A DNA stretch of 64,000 nt from Trypethelium eluteriae (lineage: Eukaryota), in NCBI GenBank assembly GCA_051942245.1, contig JAVECL010000001.1, forward strand, positions 1-64,000, given 5' to 3'. Positions 22,785 through 35,560 of this stretch are shown piece after piece. The notes beneath the pieces are model-generated. The model saw only the letters and a list, made by a program, of their open reading frames with translations. It had not been told where the DNA came from and made no database searches. A program made the position numbers and the translations under genes. Within the stretch, counting starts at the first letter, position 1, and each line of letters begins with the position of its first letter.

Positions 22785-23747
22785 ATGCTCACGTCGAAAG
22801 AGCAATCATCAGTAACACCCAGTGTACCCCATAAACTTGAAGAGCATGCGACGCATTCGCCTTCCAATAAGCTAGCTCAAGCTTTATCCTCACCCCATCA
22901 AGAATTCTCCGATTTAGCGAACCCCTTACTCATCGGACTCTCAGGTCCATCATCTTCTGGGAAAACAACACTTGCTCGGCAACTGAAACGCATTTTGCCC
23001 AATACGAGTATCTTGTATCAGGATGATTTCTACCTCGAAGACTCTCAAATCCCTTGTCGAAATATACCGAAAAGGCATAAAGTGACGGGCGACATTCTGA
23101 GATCACCCTCAGGCGAAGTCGAAACTCATCAAGTCCAAGATTGGGACTGTGTTGAGGCACTCGACATTTCAGCCCTGCGTGATGCCCTTTCGCACCTCAA
23201 AGAGCACGGCAATATACCCCAGCTAAAGAGTATACAGAACCAAAATACGGTGGGTTCAGGTGGAGAGATAGAATCTGCTATCATCGATGAACTGCGAAAA
23301 CACGTCCTTGAGACTGTTCCATCTATGAAAGAACGACGCATAGTTATCGTCGATGGCTTTCTGCTTTTTGCTAACAATACAAAGCATTTAATGTCCATGT
23401 TCGACATTAAGCTTTTTCTTCGTACGTCATTCTCCGATGCTAAAACGCGGAGGGAGAGCAGAACAGGCTACGTCACTCTTGAAGGCTTTTGGGAAGATCC
23501 TCCTTTCTATGTCGATGACATTGTCTGGCCCAATTATGTGAAGGAACATGCATTTCTGTTCAAGAATGGCGACGTGGAGGGCGACTTTGATGAAGACGTT
23601 TGCAAAAGTATTGGAATTAAGGGCATGCCGAAGAATTGTAGTAACGATGTTGTCAGGCTAGTGCGCTGGGCTGTCAAGAGTATTACTGAATACATTGAAG
23701 ACCCAAAAAATGGGACAGGCAATCCTTCCTCTGGACCCGACTCTTGA
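22785..23747 (+). CDS. NRK1: Nicotinamide riboside kinase (uridine kinase-like P-loop)
   Basis: IGLSGPSSSGKTT, QDDFY, DWDC, IVDGFLLF and RRESRTGYVTLEGFWEDPPFY. Confidence 0.9.
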   Translation: MLTSKEQSSVTPSVPHKLEEHATHSPSNKLAQALSSPHQEFSDLANPLLIGLSGPSSSGKTTLARQLKRILPNTSILYQDDFYLEDSQIPCRNIPKRHKVTGDILRSPSGEVETHQVQDWDCVEALDISALRDALSHLKEHGNIPQLKSIQNQNTVGSGGEIESAIIDELRKHVLETVPSMKERRIVIVDGFLLFANNTKHLMSMFDIKLFLRTSFSDAKTRRESRTGYVTLEGFWEDPPFYVDDIVWPNYVKEHAFLFKNGDVEGDFDEDVCKSIGIKGMPKNCSNDVVRLVRWAVKSITEYIEDPKNGTGNPSSGPDS

Positions 23748-23800
23748 AACGGCGTTTATGGAAGTGTACCGACAGACTCGATCGATCCTTGGCCTACTTC

Positions 23801-25149
23801 CTATCCAGCTCCTCCTCTGAACCAATCATCAGGACCCTCCATTGGCAAATTGGAATCGTCCGAATTTTGTTCGCTCTCATTTCCATCGCTCGACTCCTCG
23901 CCAGCACTGTTTTCTGAGACTGCAGACTCAGGCTCATCATCCGACGGAGTCAAGACTTGGATTGCATCTCCGTTATGCACAGTCTGAAAAGAGTCCCCAG
24001 AACCCTGACATATCAGAAACGTGCTCTGCCTCCCACAGGCAATGCTCTTAATTGTGGGCACTTTTTCTGTCGATATCTGACGCCAAGAAGCAGCAAATCC
24101 CTTCAATTTTTCAGACATACTTCCTAATTGTCCGTCCACTCCCTCACCGACTCCAAACACTCTTCCATCGGACGTCAATACCACTATGTGACTGTCTCCA
24201 ATTGCGACGTCTGCTACAGTATCCTCGCGGGTAACAGTAATGTGCTCAAAGATAGTTGGCTCATCTCCAGTCAATATTGTTACTTGAGGACCACCAGGTC
24301 TTGCAACACCCCACACGAATAGTCTGCCATCCTCTATCAAAGCTGCTGTGAAGAATCCTCCGGCAGCAATTTTTTTGACTTTGCTACCCTGCAGCGCAGC
24401 TACCCTTGACGGTATATCAAATCCGTCCTCTTGTTGCCGACCCAATGAGCCATAACGAGGATCTCCCCAGGTATATACGGTACCGTCTTGCATTAACAAT
24501 GTAAAGGCCAATGCATTTGCAACAAGCTGCCTCGCTTGGCCTGGCCGAACAAGGCGGGATAAGTTTTTTGATTCCTGGTATACAGCATCGCTCGACACGA
24601 TGAGGTCCTGAAGGGCCGAACTTGTAACTATGAGCGTACTAATAATATCACCATTTTGTCTGAGAAAAGTAGCTGCAGCCTTCCCACTTCCTGCGACAGC
24701 CAGGCTAGTGATTTCATTCCTGTATGAGGGCTTACTGCCTCCTCTCGTTCGTAATTTAGATTGCTCGAGCACCGCAGTCTGTTTCCTGTGCTTTCCGGGT
24801 AATGAGGAATAGAGCCGGCGATTACTGGTCACAAGGCCAATTGCGCCTTCTTCATCAGTGCCGAACACACAACGAATGCGAGAGGCTGGGACGGGGATCA
24901 GGTAGCTGTTCGGAATTCCGATAGTGTACATATGCCGTTCATCAGCATCTAGCAGTTGAAAAGTAAGCAAGATTTATAAAGACCCGAAGTTGCAAGTAAC
25001 CTACAAATAGTTCTTCCAAAACTAGAGAACAAGACCCTGAGAGAGTTTCCTCGAGCAATCAGCTCGAAACTAGGCGTGCTACTTCGTGTATTCTTGTGAC
25101 CAGTAAGCTGGCCAAGCCCATCGAAGCCGCATGCGTAGAGCTGCTCCAT
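23801..25149 (-). CDS. RCC1/BLIP-II beta-propeller repeat protein
   Basis: Start LYACGFDGLGQL, intron about 24950-25004. RCC1 repeats VYTWGDPRYGSLGR, KIAAGGFFTAAL and VAIGDSHIVVLTSDGRVFGVGEGVDGQLG. Acidic tail. Confidence 0.88.
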
Positions 25150-26322
25150 CGTGGAATATCTATCTAAACTTCGCTTCTCAAAAAATCGAAGAATTTATCA
25201 CCGAAAATCCTAGCCGGAGGTGCTAAACTCTGCAAGTGCTTCCAGGAGCGTAATACCAATGGCAATCTCCAGCTAGCGGGCCTCATCGATCATAACATTA
25301 AATCTTACTTTGCCAATGTCCAAACACAAAATTGAGTTCCTTGTCCGCTTCGGCTGAGGCTTTTAAGCCATTCGCTCCCAAGGTCCTCGCTGCCACTCTA
25401 TCATGAAAATCTGATCAGCATTCGTTGAAAGCCATACTGCAAATGACACATCAGAGATGCTTGCAATTAGAAATGTTGTGATAGTGAAACTATATTCACG
25501 GCTTCCAGACATAAGGGTGGCCGAGTCCCGCTTGGGTTCGAAGAGTTCCTGTCCTCGTTAAGAAAGCTTCAAAAATGGTCGCGCTTCACTTTGTTGACAT
25601 TCTGTAGTTTCTGCAATTGACGCATCCTCGAAGAAATTAAGAGTCTGGTTGAGTCACGTTCAGGCTCAGGGTCCGTATTCCTCTATCTCGTGAAAATCAG
25701 TGTTTCGATATTGTCATTTCGCACAAAAGTATGTACGAATTTCACTTCTCATCATGCAACCCAGATTTGTTCTATGGACTGATGGTCGGAATGTGTCTCC
25801 GAGAAGATGAAGCATCAGCCACACAAAAAAGGAACAAAGCCATCCTTTCTCGCCAAGTCGTAATTAGCAGGCTTCATCTACTACAATCATATTTGAGGCC
25901 TCATTACATTCTTTACACAGTCAATACGATCCTATCCTCATAATTCAGAGGCAATTTATTGAATCATTAACCAAACAAAGCGTTCGATTAAACCTCCGGT
26001 AATCCCAGGCACCAGTTACATTCATGCAGCTTTCGAAATGGATCAAGGTACGCAGCAACTCTCAGGTTTTTTGTTGTCGGCCAAAGATCAACCTGATCTG
26101 AATATACTTTATCACAAAACGCACTGGGAAACGGCAGTCATCCATGCGCCAAGCCTCAAGATCATGTGTAAAGTACTTCTGAGGATGCTTTCTCTTCTTC
26201 CGAAAGAAACTTGCGATTCAGTTTGTTGATCGACTTTCATACGGAACTATGGCCCTGATAAAATTACATGACTCACCCAATATTTAAACGCCTCTTTTCC
26301 CTGCGCCCTGTTCAGCGACTTA

Positions 26323-27139
26323 TCACCGGAATTTACTGACAACAATCGCCACGATCAATATCACAAGAACTGTAATTATTGCAATGGTAATCATCCGATT
26401 CGTAGCCATCCTAAAAGAAGCCATGCGTTAGTACGTTTTGCTGGCAGATGAAATATGTAAGGTCAAGACGATTCAAGTACCTACGTGCCATCCCCCTCAA
26501 AGTTTTGATACTCCGATCAGTGTAACCTTCGCTTTCTAACAAATGCTCTCTTGTGTTCTGGATCTGTTCTCTTTGCCGATTTAAATCAGCTAGAGTATTG
26601 GCACCGATCTGCTCAGTCTCCAAGCCCATCCTTTGAGCATCCCGTAACCTGCCCGAACTTCGCTCCAATCTATCTGTTCCTGAAAGTAGCTGTTGCCGTT
26701 GCTCTTGCTGTGGGTCACTCGACGGGTCGTCATCGGTATAACGATTTCCAAACAAGGCAGCTTTGTCTGATGATAAGGAATTTAACCGTCGCTTGAGCGC
26801 ATCGACATCTGATTCATGGTTACGAAAGCGGGCATTCGTTTTGGGTTTCAGAGGCTGCGGAATATTTTGTTTTTCTAGGCGAAGAGAGTCCAGCTTGACA
26901 GGGCTCATTAGTACACTTCGGGATGATCGCATTGAGATCGGTACGAAGACGAGACTCACCATTTCATTTGCTTCTTCGAGCGCGCGTTCGGCCTGTCTTA
27001 CTGCTGCTTTCCTTGGCTCACCGGAGAGATCAGGAATTTGATCGAGCTTCTGTGACAGGTCGGCTTGAATGAGCTTCAGCTCCGCTTCGTAGCTGCTGAA
27101 GAGCTCGGAACCCGCATCGGTATCAAGAGGATTCGCCAT
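26323..27139 (-). CDS. VTI1: Vesicle transport v-SNARE Vti1
   Basis: MANPLDTDAGSELFSSYEAELK, SNARE motif QRQQLLSGTDRLERSS...RQREQI, and a C-terminal TM exon MATNRMITIAIITVLVILIVAIVVSKFR. Two introns. Confidence 0.95.
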
Positions 27140-27776
27140 ATTGATTGTCGTCTTCGCGGACAGGGTAGATAGGGTAATCGAAGAGGCCGTGTTGCAGGTA
27201 ACGATATGACGTTCGTTATTACAGGCCGGCAAAGTCTTGGGCCGAGTCACGTGCACCTCAATCCTAGCTGCATGTGATACCTCTGGGTACCTGCCGTAGA
27301 TCGAAGTCTGGATCGGCCCCATTTTAGGAAATCGATGAATTCAACGATATGCCAGCCTTCAACACCTAAGGGAGGAGATTCAGTTGGCAGAATAGCCAAT
27401 CCTCCAAGCTCCCTTTGGCGCGCCCATATCGTGCAGAATCGAGATCAAACCAAGCATTGCATATCATGACTTAGTGTAATTCTAGTATACCTGCGCGAGC
27501 CTATTCTATATCTGCATGAAATAGCCCGCATATCTGGACCTGGATCGTTGGGGGGCATCCTAGTCTTGCTTGTCTTGCTTGTCTTTGAACTATCTGCACT
27601 CTGACGCGGGGAGGAAGCTGTGGCGAGGTAAGCAAGTCCTTCTACTGCTTCTCGGCATTTTGCTTTGTCGCATTCAGAGATCCCCCAATGTATTCTTTAT
27701 ATTATTTGTTCATGCCGCTGTCAATACTTCCCTTGAAATCAAGTTCAAGCCCTGAGAACATTTTCTAATTCTTCAC

Positions 27777-29571
27777 ATGGTAGCAACAAAGTTGCCGAAG
27801 TCGATCTTGAAGAGGCCTATGAAAATGACTCGAAAACAAATCGCCATTGTTGGTAGCGGTTGCGCGGGATTAGGTGCTCTATGGGCTCTCAAATCTACCA
27901 ACCACGAAGTCCATATATTCGAGGCTGATGACCGACTTGGCGGACACACGAATACTGTTACATTCACGCACCGAGGACACAGTACACCTGTTGACACTGG
28001 TTTTATTGTACTGAATACGGCTACCTACCGTTAGTAACCGAGCCCACCCACGAAGGATGACAGACTGAATTACTACAGCAAACTTTATCAATTTCCTAAA
28101 ATGTATCAATGTCAGAACAGTGGAAACTGAGATGAGTTTTGGGATTTCAAGAGATCAAGGGGCATTTGAATGGGCTGGCAATTCCCTCTCCTCTCTTTTC
28201 GCGCAATGGTCCAACATTATTTCCCCTCGACACTGGCGCATGATCTTTGACATTGCTCGGTTCAACCAATTTGCCCTGGATCTCTTGTCTGACGATGATG
28301 GTCATGACAACGCATCTTCTCATCAAACGATGGAGGAGAGTATGGGGGATTACCTCTGTAGAGAAGGGTATTCAAACGCCTTTCGCGACAACTACATCAT
28401 ACCCATGACTGCTTGTGTATGGAGTACCAGTCCCGATGACTGCTCATTGTCTTTCCCTGTTAAGACACTTGTTCGATTTTTGTGGAATCATCATCTACTA
28501 ACCACAGTCTCGACACGACCTCCATGGTTAACTATTCCTGGGGGCTCAAAGTCGTATGTTGATGCTATTATGAGGAACTTCCCTGAAGAACGAATTCATC
28601 TCAACAATTCCATAACTTCCATTACAAGCAATCGTTCCGGGAGTATGATTCTACACACCGATATTGAAGGCGAACAATGGATGTTTGATGAGGTCATTCT
28701 CGCCTGTCATGGCGACCAGGCACTCGATATCATCTCTGCATCTGCGACCGAGGTAGAATCAGATATACTTGGTACTTTCCACACATCCGCAAATAACGTG
28801 TACCTCCACTCAGATCTAAGCCTCATGCCTAAACGAAGAGCAACTTGGTCCAGTTGGAATTATCTCACCACGAGCCGGCAAACCTCATCTAGCACTAGCC
28901 AGAAACCGCCAATCTACGATATCTATCGCGGGGATGACCAAAAGTCAAGACACCTTGGAAACGGCCACAGCAATCCCTCCCCGTCTTTGGAGAAAGTCTC
29001 GCTAACATACAATATGAACATTCTACAACACATACCTGCCTCTCTCTTCGGCGATGTACTTGTCACTATGAATCCTCCCCATCCTCCCGCTTCATCCACT
29101 ATCCAAGGCGAATATCAATACTCTCATCCGCTATATACCCCGGAAGCTGTTGCAGCGCAGGGTCGACTTCCTGAAATCCAAAACACACGTGGTCTGCTAT
29201 ATTGTGGCGCCTGGACCAAATATGGGTTCCATGAAGATGGATTTACTAGCGGTCTGGAAGTGGCCACAAAATATCTAGGTGCACAAATACCGTTTGAAGT
29301 CGTAGATTCAAGGTATAGTCGAGGGGTGAAGCCAGAGTTGAAGATGAAAGATCATGCGACAAGGGCGGTAATAGGTTTCATTCAAACATGGATTGTCCTG
29401 GTGGAAAGACTGTTCCGTTTCGCTTGGAACATATTCATTTTGCCATTCTGGGTACTTGAACAAGGTTGGGTGACAATACGGACCGGCCTCTCATGGGCGC
29501 TAATGGTAGCGGGTGTTTGGGAACAGGATGAGGCACACGGAAGGGACTTGAAAGGGCGAAAATTGCTTTAG
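27777..29571 (+). CDS. FAD/NAD(P)-binding amine-oxidase-like protein (COG2907 type)
   Basis: IAIVGSGCAG...EADDRLGGHTNTV, VDTGFIVLN..TY, intron about 28030-28079, and GAWTKYGFHEDGFTSG. Confidence 0.9.
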
Positions 29572-29823
29572 TCGATAATTACAACCCGAGCATGCCCAAG
29601 AACTCCGGCTGATTTGTTGTTGTCGGCTCTAATTATTCCATGGCTTTGTGCAGAAAGGGCATTATCTAGTCCTCTTAAAGATAGATGAAGCACATATACA
29701 TATAGACGAACTAATCGGAGTCTCGAAAAATCCTGCTAGACAACCTAAAAGCGCCATCGCTGTGCTGCAAAGCTCAAGCCTGAGTACTTCAGTAACTCAG
29801 TTTTCCTAGAGACAGATCCAAAT

Positions 29824-30888
29824 CTATCCCGCCATCCGCCAGAACCCAAATGCTGCATTGACTACCATTCCCGTGAATACCGCAATCTGCCTCCGTTGCG
29901 TCCAGACTCCCTCCTCTCTCAATAGCCAGCACAACGCCCCCAAAGGCCAAAAGAATCCCATCAAATTACCAATCAACATGTCTTCCAGCCCACTGTCCTC
30001 CCCAAATCCCGAACTCACTCCCACTCCCCATCCACCGCCTCCTCCTCTCGTGTTATCAGCACCAGTAATCCCACCTCCCTCCATCACCGTCGTCGGGCCA
30101 CCACTTTCGTCGCCGCGGTTGCCAGATTGATGTTCATTGTTCCCACCCGTTGGAGGTCCAAATGCTTCACTGTCAAGCCATCGTTCCTCAAGCAAGCGCA
30201 GCGCGTTACCATGTGGCATGGTATCTGGCGTGTGGGTATACTGTTGGAGAGCAAGAAACTGGGCACGGAGGCTGGCGACATCTTCGCGTGTGAAGTTGGC
30301 AGAGAGAAGGCGGTCGAAACCAAGAAGCTGAGTTTCGGCATGTGGCAGGCTTGGCGACGGTATAGTGACATGCGAAGTGGAGGGTTTCTGCTGGGAAGTT
30401 GACACTGGAGGCTGGCGAGGGGAGTGGGTGCTGGAAAGCGCCGCATGAGCTTCTGCTTCGAGCTCGGCCGGTGAGAGGGCATCGCCAACAGAGCAGTGGA
30501 TATAGATTCGAGATATGGCACGCGTACTCTCTAGGTTGCGGCTGTCTGTATGATTGCTGTCTCGTATGGGCTCTTTACCTTTGCTCTTGGTCGTCTTCTC
30601 ACCACCGTAGGAGTCTGGTCCGGGGCGACTGTCAATGGGTGCATCTGAATCGGAGCGCGGTGGCGGAGGAGGTATATGAAGTGCTGAGGAGAGAAGGGCC
30701 GTGTCTGGGAGCACCTTTCCAGCATATATCAAACGAAGACGGTTTGAGGATGCGGGGGGAGGAAGGTGAGTGCGTATTACTTGCTTAAGGCTCAGGGTAG
30801 AGGTCGATTGTGGGGAGGCAATGAGGAGAGGGAGATCCGGCGTGGAAGTTGCAAATCGAACAATTAATTGAATAGAACTGTCCTCCAT
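29824..30888 (-). CDS. DSC3: DSC E3 ubiquitin ligase complex subunit 3 (DUF2407)
   Basis: N-terminal ubiquitin-like domain (RLRLIYAGKVL, YIHCSVGD), GFDRLL...LRAQF, LEERWLD, and C-terminal TM region GFFWPLG...W..RRQ.AV..G..VN. Confidence 0.88.
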   Translation of the reverse strand: MEDSSIQLIVRFATSTPDLPLLIASPQSTSTLSLKQVIRTHLPPPASSNRLRLIYAGKVLPDTALLSSALHIPPPPPRSDSDAPIDSRPGPDSYGGEKTTKSKGKEPIRDSNHTDSRNLESTRAISRIYIHCSVGDALSPAELEAEAHAALSSTHSPRQPPVSTSQQKPSTSHVTIPSPSLPHAETQLLGFDRLLSANFTREDVASLRAQFLALQQYTHTPDTMPHGNALRLLEERWLDSEAFGPPTGGNNEHQSGNRGDESGGPTTVMEGGGITGADNTRGGGGGWGVGVSSGFGEDSGLEDMLIGNLMGFFWPLGALCWLLREEGVWTQRRQIAVFTGMVVNAAFGFWRMAG

Positions 30889-31266
30889 TGCTGATCATCT
30901 TGGCATGGTCAAAAACCGTTGTGTCCATGAGTTCTTGCGCGACCGATATCCCAGCGTGGTGATCTGCAAAGATGGAGGATGATGGTCGATGCCGGATCCC
31001 ATTCGCGCGAGCCGCTTTACAGAATAGTACCCTTATTGAAATGATGCCAGAAATACCACTTGTGTTCTAAGAAACGGTACGTAGTTGTTGGATAATTAGT
31101 CTCCTAGATTAAAGTCTGCATCCATTGATCATGTTCGATGGTCTCCAGAGTAAGGTAGTCTGGGGGAACGACGGCGACGTCATCTTTTGGTTAGATGGAA
31201 TCCACCCCACCTAACTTTTTCCGGGAATAGAAGTTCACTCTCGCAAGTTGCTTCTCCGACTTCAAG

Positions 31267-31714
31267 ATGACAATCGTACACGTTGTGTTGTTCGAATTCA
31301 AACCGAACACAACTCACAAGCAGGTTCATGATGTACTCACCCCTTGCTTCCAGCAAAACATTGCACTGTGCCATGGCTCACTCGAATCTAATAGGTCTGC
31401 AATCGAATGCTAGGATTAGGACAAAAATGCGTTCACCCGGACACTCAAAAAAAGTACATCAAATCGGCAAGGGGAGGCAGAGACAATAGTCCAGAAGGGC
31501 ACCAAGTAGTAGTCTTACCATCCATCAAGGATACTTCCATGAACTGACAATCATACAGGGCGGATTCAGCCATGGTTTTGTATTTGAATTTGAGAATGAA
31601 GACGATCGCAAGTATTATCTCGAAAAAGATCCGGCACATCTCGACTTTGTCAAAGATGTTGGAACGTTCGTCCAAAACGTCAGAGTTATAGATTTTACTA
31701 CGGGGATTTTGTAG
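31267..31714 (+). CDS. Stress-responsive A/B barrel (Dabb) domain protein, three exons, absent from the ORF track
   Basis: MTIVHVVLFEFK | VCNRMLGLGQKCVHPDTQKKYIKSARGGRDNSPEGHQ | GGFSHGFVFEFENEDDRKYYLEKDPAHLDFV...VIDF, joined by GT-AG introns. Confidence 0.9.
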
Positions 31715-31867
31715 ATTTAGGATCGAAGCAAGAATCGACAAACCAAGGATGTGATCGAGTCTGTATTATGAGATACTATCTAGATGACTCGTGATGGGAA
31801 ATTTTACAAGGACGCTATGCTCCGCTCAATACAATGGTCATGAATGTCTGATAAAGGCTATACAGCA

Positions 31868-32746
31868 CTAGCCCACGCTGAAAGATTCTCCACATCCGCA
31901 TTGGTCCGCTGTGATACGTTAGTCGAAATACGCCTCTTTGGAAAAGGTCCAAGATGATCCGAACACAGTCGTAACGGAAGGACGAGACTTACTTATGTTT
32001 GGATTTTTGAAGATGAATCGCCTATTCAACTTATCCTCGATCCAATCCATCTCACTACCAATTATGCTGAAGAGCGCTTTCGAGTCTATTAACACCTTGA
32101 CGCCATCTTGCTCAACTATTTCATCAAATTTGCCAGGCTTCTCAACGTATTCGAGATGGTAAGCAAGACCCGAGCATCCACGGTTCTTAACACCGACCCG
32201 GATGAACTTGGGTTCGGGTTGATTAAGCAGATCTTGTAATTGTGTAACGGCGGTAGGTGTAAGGTTCATTGCAGCTTTTCGAGGGCGTAGTTTAGGTCGC
32301 TTTGATTTAGTGGGCGAAGACGAGGATTCGGATGGTCCAGTAGGTATGGATGATGATGATGTAGAGGTGGTGGGCTTGGGTATTTGAGCTTCGGCCTCGG
32401 ATTTCTTGATACCAGACGACTGGTCTTGGTGTGGCGTAGGATTGCTTTGGCGGAAATTTTCCAATCCTGGCCGACTTGCAATGTCGATTTCAGCAGCCCC
32501 TCTAGCTATGGATGTATCAGGAATGCCAGTGTTTCGAGGAGGTGGTGGTGGAGGCTCGAGAGCCGGTGGTCGATGTGTAGTAGCGGTCTGCAGCCATCGC
32601 CCTGAGGATGTCGTCGACAGTCTTGAGGAGGGAAATCTACGAAGGCATTGCGGACATCGCAGAGGTGCTGTTTGAGTTGGTCCCGCGAAGCAGGCGGCCT
32701 TGAAGGCTAGAGCTGCTGATGACGTTACTGTTCGAGCAAAGGACAT
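31868..32746 (-). CDS. ISA1: Mitochondrial iron-sulfur cluster assembly protein Isa1
   Basis: RVGVKNRGCSGLAY, IDSKALFSIIGSEMD, FKNPN, then an intron and a final exon QCGCGESF. N-terminal mitochondrial-type presequence. Confidence 0.95.
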
Positions 32747-33387
32747 GGTAATAGAGATAGAAGTGTCTTTAGGTATCACGCCGAGAGGGGTTTGTTTGAA
32801 TGCCGGTATGATTTTCTTATGTCAAAGTAGTTGACAAGCATGGAAACGGAATCATGTCATACAAGAAGTCTTCGAGCTGGCCAGCCAATGATATTCAAGA
32901 TGTTGTCATAAGGTGGCGGAGCGGAGGAGGACGGGGGCGCACGGGACATCAGAGCCTCTTAAGCGCTCGTGATCTTGATTTTTTTCCCACTTGGTTAATG
33001 ACCTTCTTCATGTGTCTCTTACGGCGTTACCTCATTAACACTCACGAACTATCCCATGTCGCGGACGCTTACGTCTTCGTCACGAACGCTGGCCCATCAA
33101 AAATATTTGCACTGGTCGATGGAAGCATGGGTTACGATATAGAAATACCATCTAATCTGTATCCGTACGGAGTACTATGGTATCACCTCTGATAGTTCCA
33201 CACATCGACCTTCACATGACTTGGCCAGAACTGGATACTACAAAAATATAATTTGCAGCCAGTTCTTGTCTTCATTCCAAATTTGCCAGTGGCGTACTGA
33301 ATTCTAGTTCCAAGATTTAATTTTACAACAATGCGCGTTTGACACTACGAGACGCCTTGCTTGCTCCAGAGCTCTAGTACGATTTCC

Positions 33388-35560
33388 TCAAGATCCTCCT
33401 TGCAAATAATAATTCAGGCTATAATTCAAGAAAGCACACTGAGGTACGTCCGGAAAGTCCACAGTCAAGCTTGGCCAGTCCAGGGCTTTTGTTGGGCCAG
33501 TCGCACTACTCACTGGCTCCCACGATCCTCCTTGTTGAGCAGCTTCCAATGTGTTGTTATAACCCCTGACTTGCAAATACTGGACTGGTGGATTTGGCTG
33601 CCCACTTTTCGCAAATTCAGCGTAATATCCACTGATCAACTGGCTAGCCTTCAAATCGCGGTCGTCTCTCAATGGATATTGATTTCCATAGCTAAAACCA
33701 AGATCCGAGCCGTGCAACCTAAAGTACGGAAGTTCAGGGTCTCCATTCGGAAAGACGGGCTCTACTGGACCAGCCGAAAGATTTGCTCCTAAATTGTTTG
33801 GATCATAGCCCTCATATGTCCGTTCGATGGTGTAGTAGTATGCTCGAGGGAAAACCTTGGATACGGAAGCGGCATATATGGTTGCCTCGTCAATGCAGCG
33901 GAACTGGACATCTGTGGAGACGCGTTGAGAAACATTGAAAGAGTCGAGTGTAAGATTGCCGGTGCTGTAGTAGGGAAAGAGGCCACTGTCGATGATGCTC
34001 TGGGCCTCACTTTCGGTGATGCTGAGGGATGCCGCGATGCCTTGAACTTCGGAAGTAATGTTTGCCGGTGGGTAAGTGCAAAAGGAAGCACCATCATTGG
34101 CTGTGGTACCAAAGATGACAGGAACGTAAGCTGAGCTGCCATTACGGTTCGTGACATCGAGCTGTTCAGTATTTACGAAGGTACCGTCTTGCACGACGTA
34201 CCGAGCTACTGTAGGCAGGTCGACAATCGTAGCTGCTGGAACGGTTTTCAGACATGCAATTTGGGCAGAGAGACTTGTCTGATTGCATCCCACGGCCTCA
34301 AATATTTGCTGACCTGCGATCGCATAAGATTGTGAGACAGTCAGGTACGAGCTATAAGTCGTGGCATAATCTCCGGACAGACCAAGGTCAACCCCACCAC
34401 CAAGATTTGATTGGGAAATGCCACCGGAGATGAGATGATTTGAGATGACTGGAGGAGAACCTAAAAGAGTGCGAACTGAGCCTGCACCAGCCGATTCGCC
34501 AATGATAGTGACCTTGGTTGGGTCGCCGCCGAATTGGGCAATGTTTTGTCGAACCCACTGGGACATGTCAGTCTGTGGCCAAGATTTGACTGATTCTACG
34601 TACCTTGAGAGCAGTCACTTGATCTCCAATGCCAAAGTTGCCCTTGATACTCGTCCCTGGAATGGCGAGGAAACCAAGGGTAGATAGCCGGTAATTGATT
34701 TCCACTGCAACAATATCTTCTCGAGAAGCTATGTTTCCTCCATCTAATCCAGAGTTAGGACCTCCATTTCCACCAGTAAAACCACCACCATGGATGCTGA
34801 ACAAGACCGGCTTTAGACCGCTGGTTGAGCCAGCCCGAGGTATGTATGGTGTTTGGATATTAATGAATAGGCAGTCTTCACTGATGTCACTATCTCCGGC
34901 TTGGGAGCAATCCGGTCCATAAGCTGTGGCGTTGATTGTTTGACCAGTCTGGCTATAGACTGTCGAGTACTCAAATCTTTGTGGTGGATTTGCGTAGGGG
35001 ATGCCCTCGAAGCGGAAGGATTTCTGATTCCTAAATCCAACAAAGCTATTCCCGCTTGATGAGATGATCACCTCGTTCGAAGCAGTAGCAACCGCATTGT
35101 CCGGCCCATTTTGCATGCTCGATTGTGTGCAAAGAATCGGTAGGCGCGTCTGGTTGTTCGTCAGGGTTGGATAAGTAAGTTTCTCCGACTGCTCATCCAC
35201 AGAAAGAATGCCATCTGAAATGTAATAAAGCTGCTCCGAGGCTGCCTGTCCTGAGTATGCGAGGTATGAGAGCGAGCTTTCGAAATCGGCAGAGTGACTC
35301 TGAATTGTGGATCGAGGAAGCAGAGACTCTCCGATAGAAGCACATGCTGCTGCACCATTCGTCAAGGTCATAGAATCCAACAAAATCGCTCCAACATGGT
35401 TCACATCGTCTGAAGCATTAAGATTGTTTTGATATAACAATGTCAATGAAGTTCCTGCATTAGTAACGTTACCGGTTCCGTACGATCGAGTGGAAGGATA
35501 GCATGAGACCGGGGAAAGCAAAGATACCAAAGAAGCGGCGACAATCACGATAGACCTCAT
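33388..35560 (-). CDS. Secreted type-B carboxylesterase/lipase (alpha/beta hydrolase)
   Basis: Signal peptide, SEDCLFINI, IHGGGF, NYRL..LGFL, GNFGIGDQ, and WV..NI..FGGDP..VTI.GESAG. One intron near 34560-34603. Confidence 0.93.

Noticed and set aside
25508..25560. tRNA-like A box (TGGCCGAGT) and B box (GGTTCGAA)
   Set aside because: The boxes are too close together and no cloverleaf or anticodon arm can be built.
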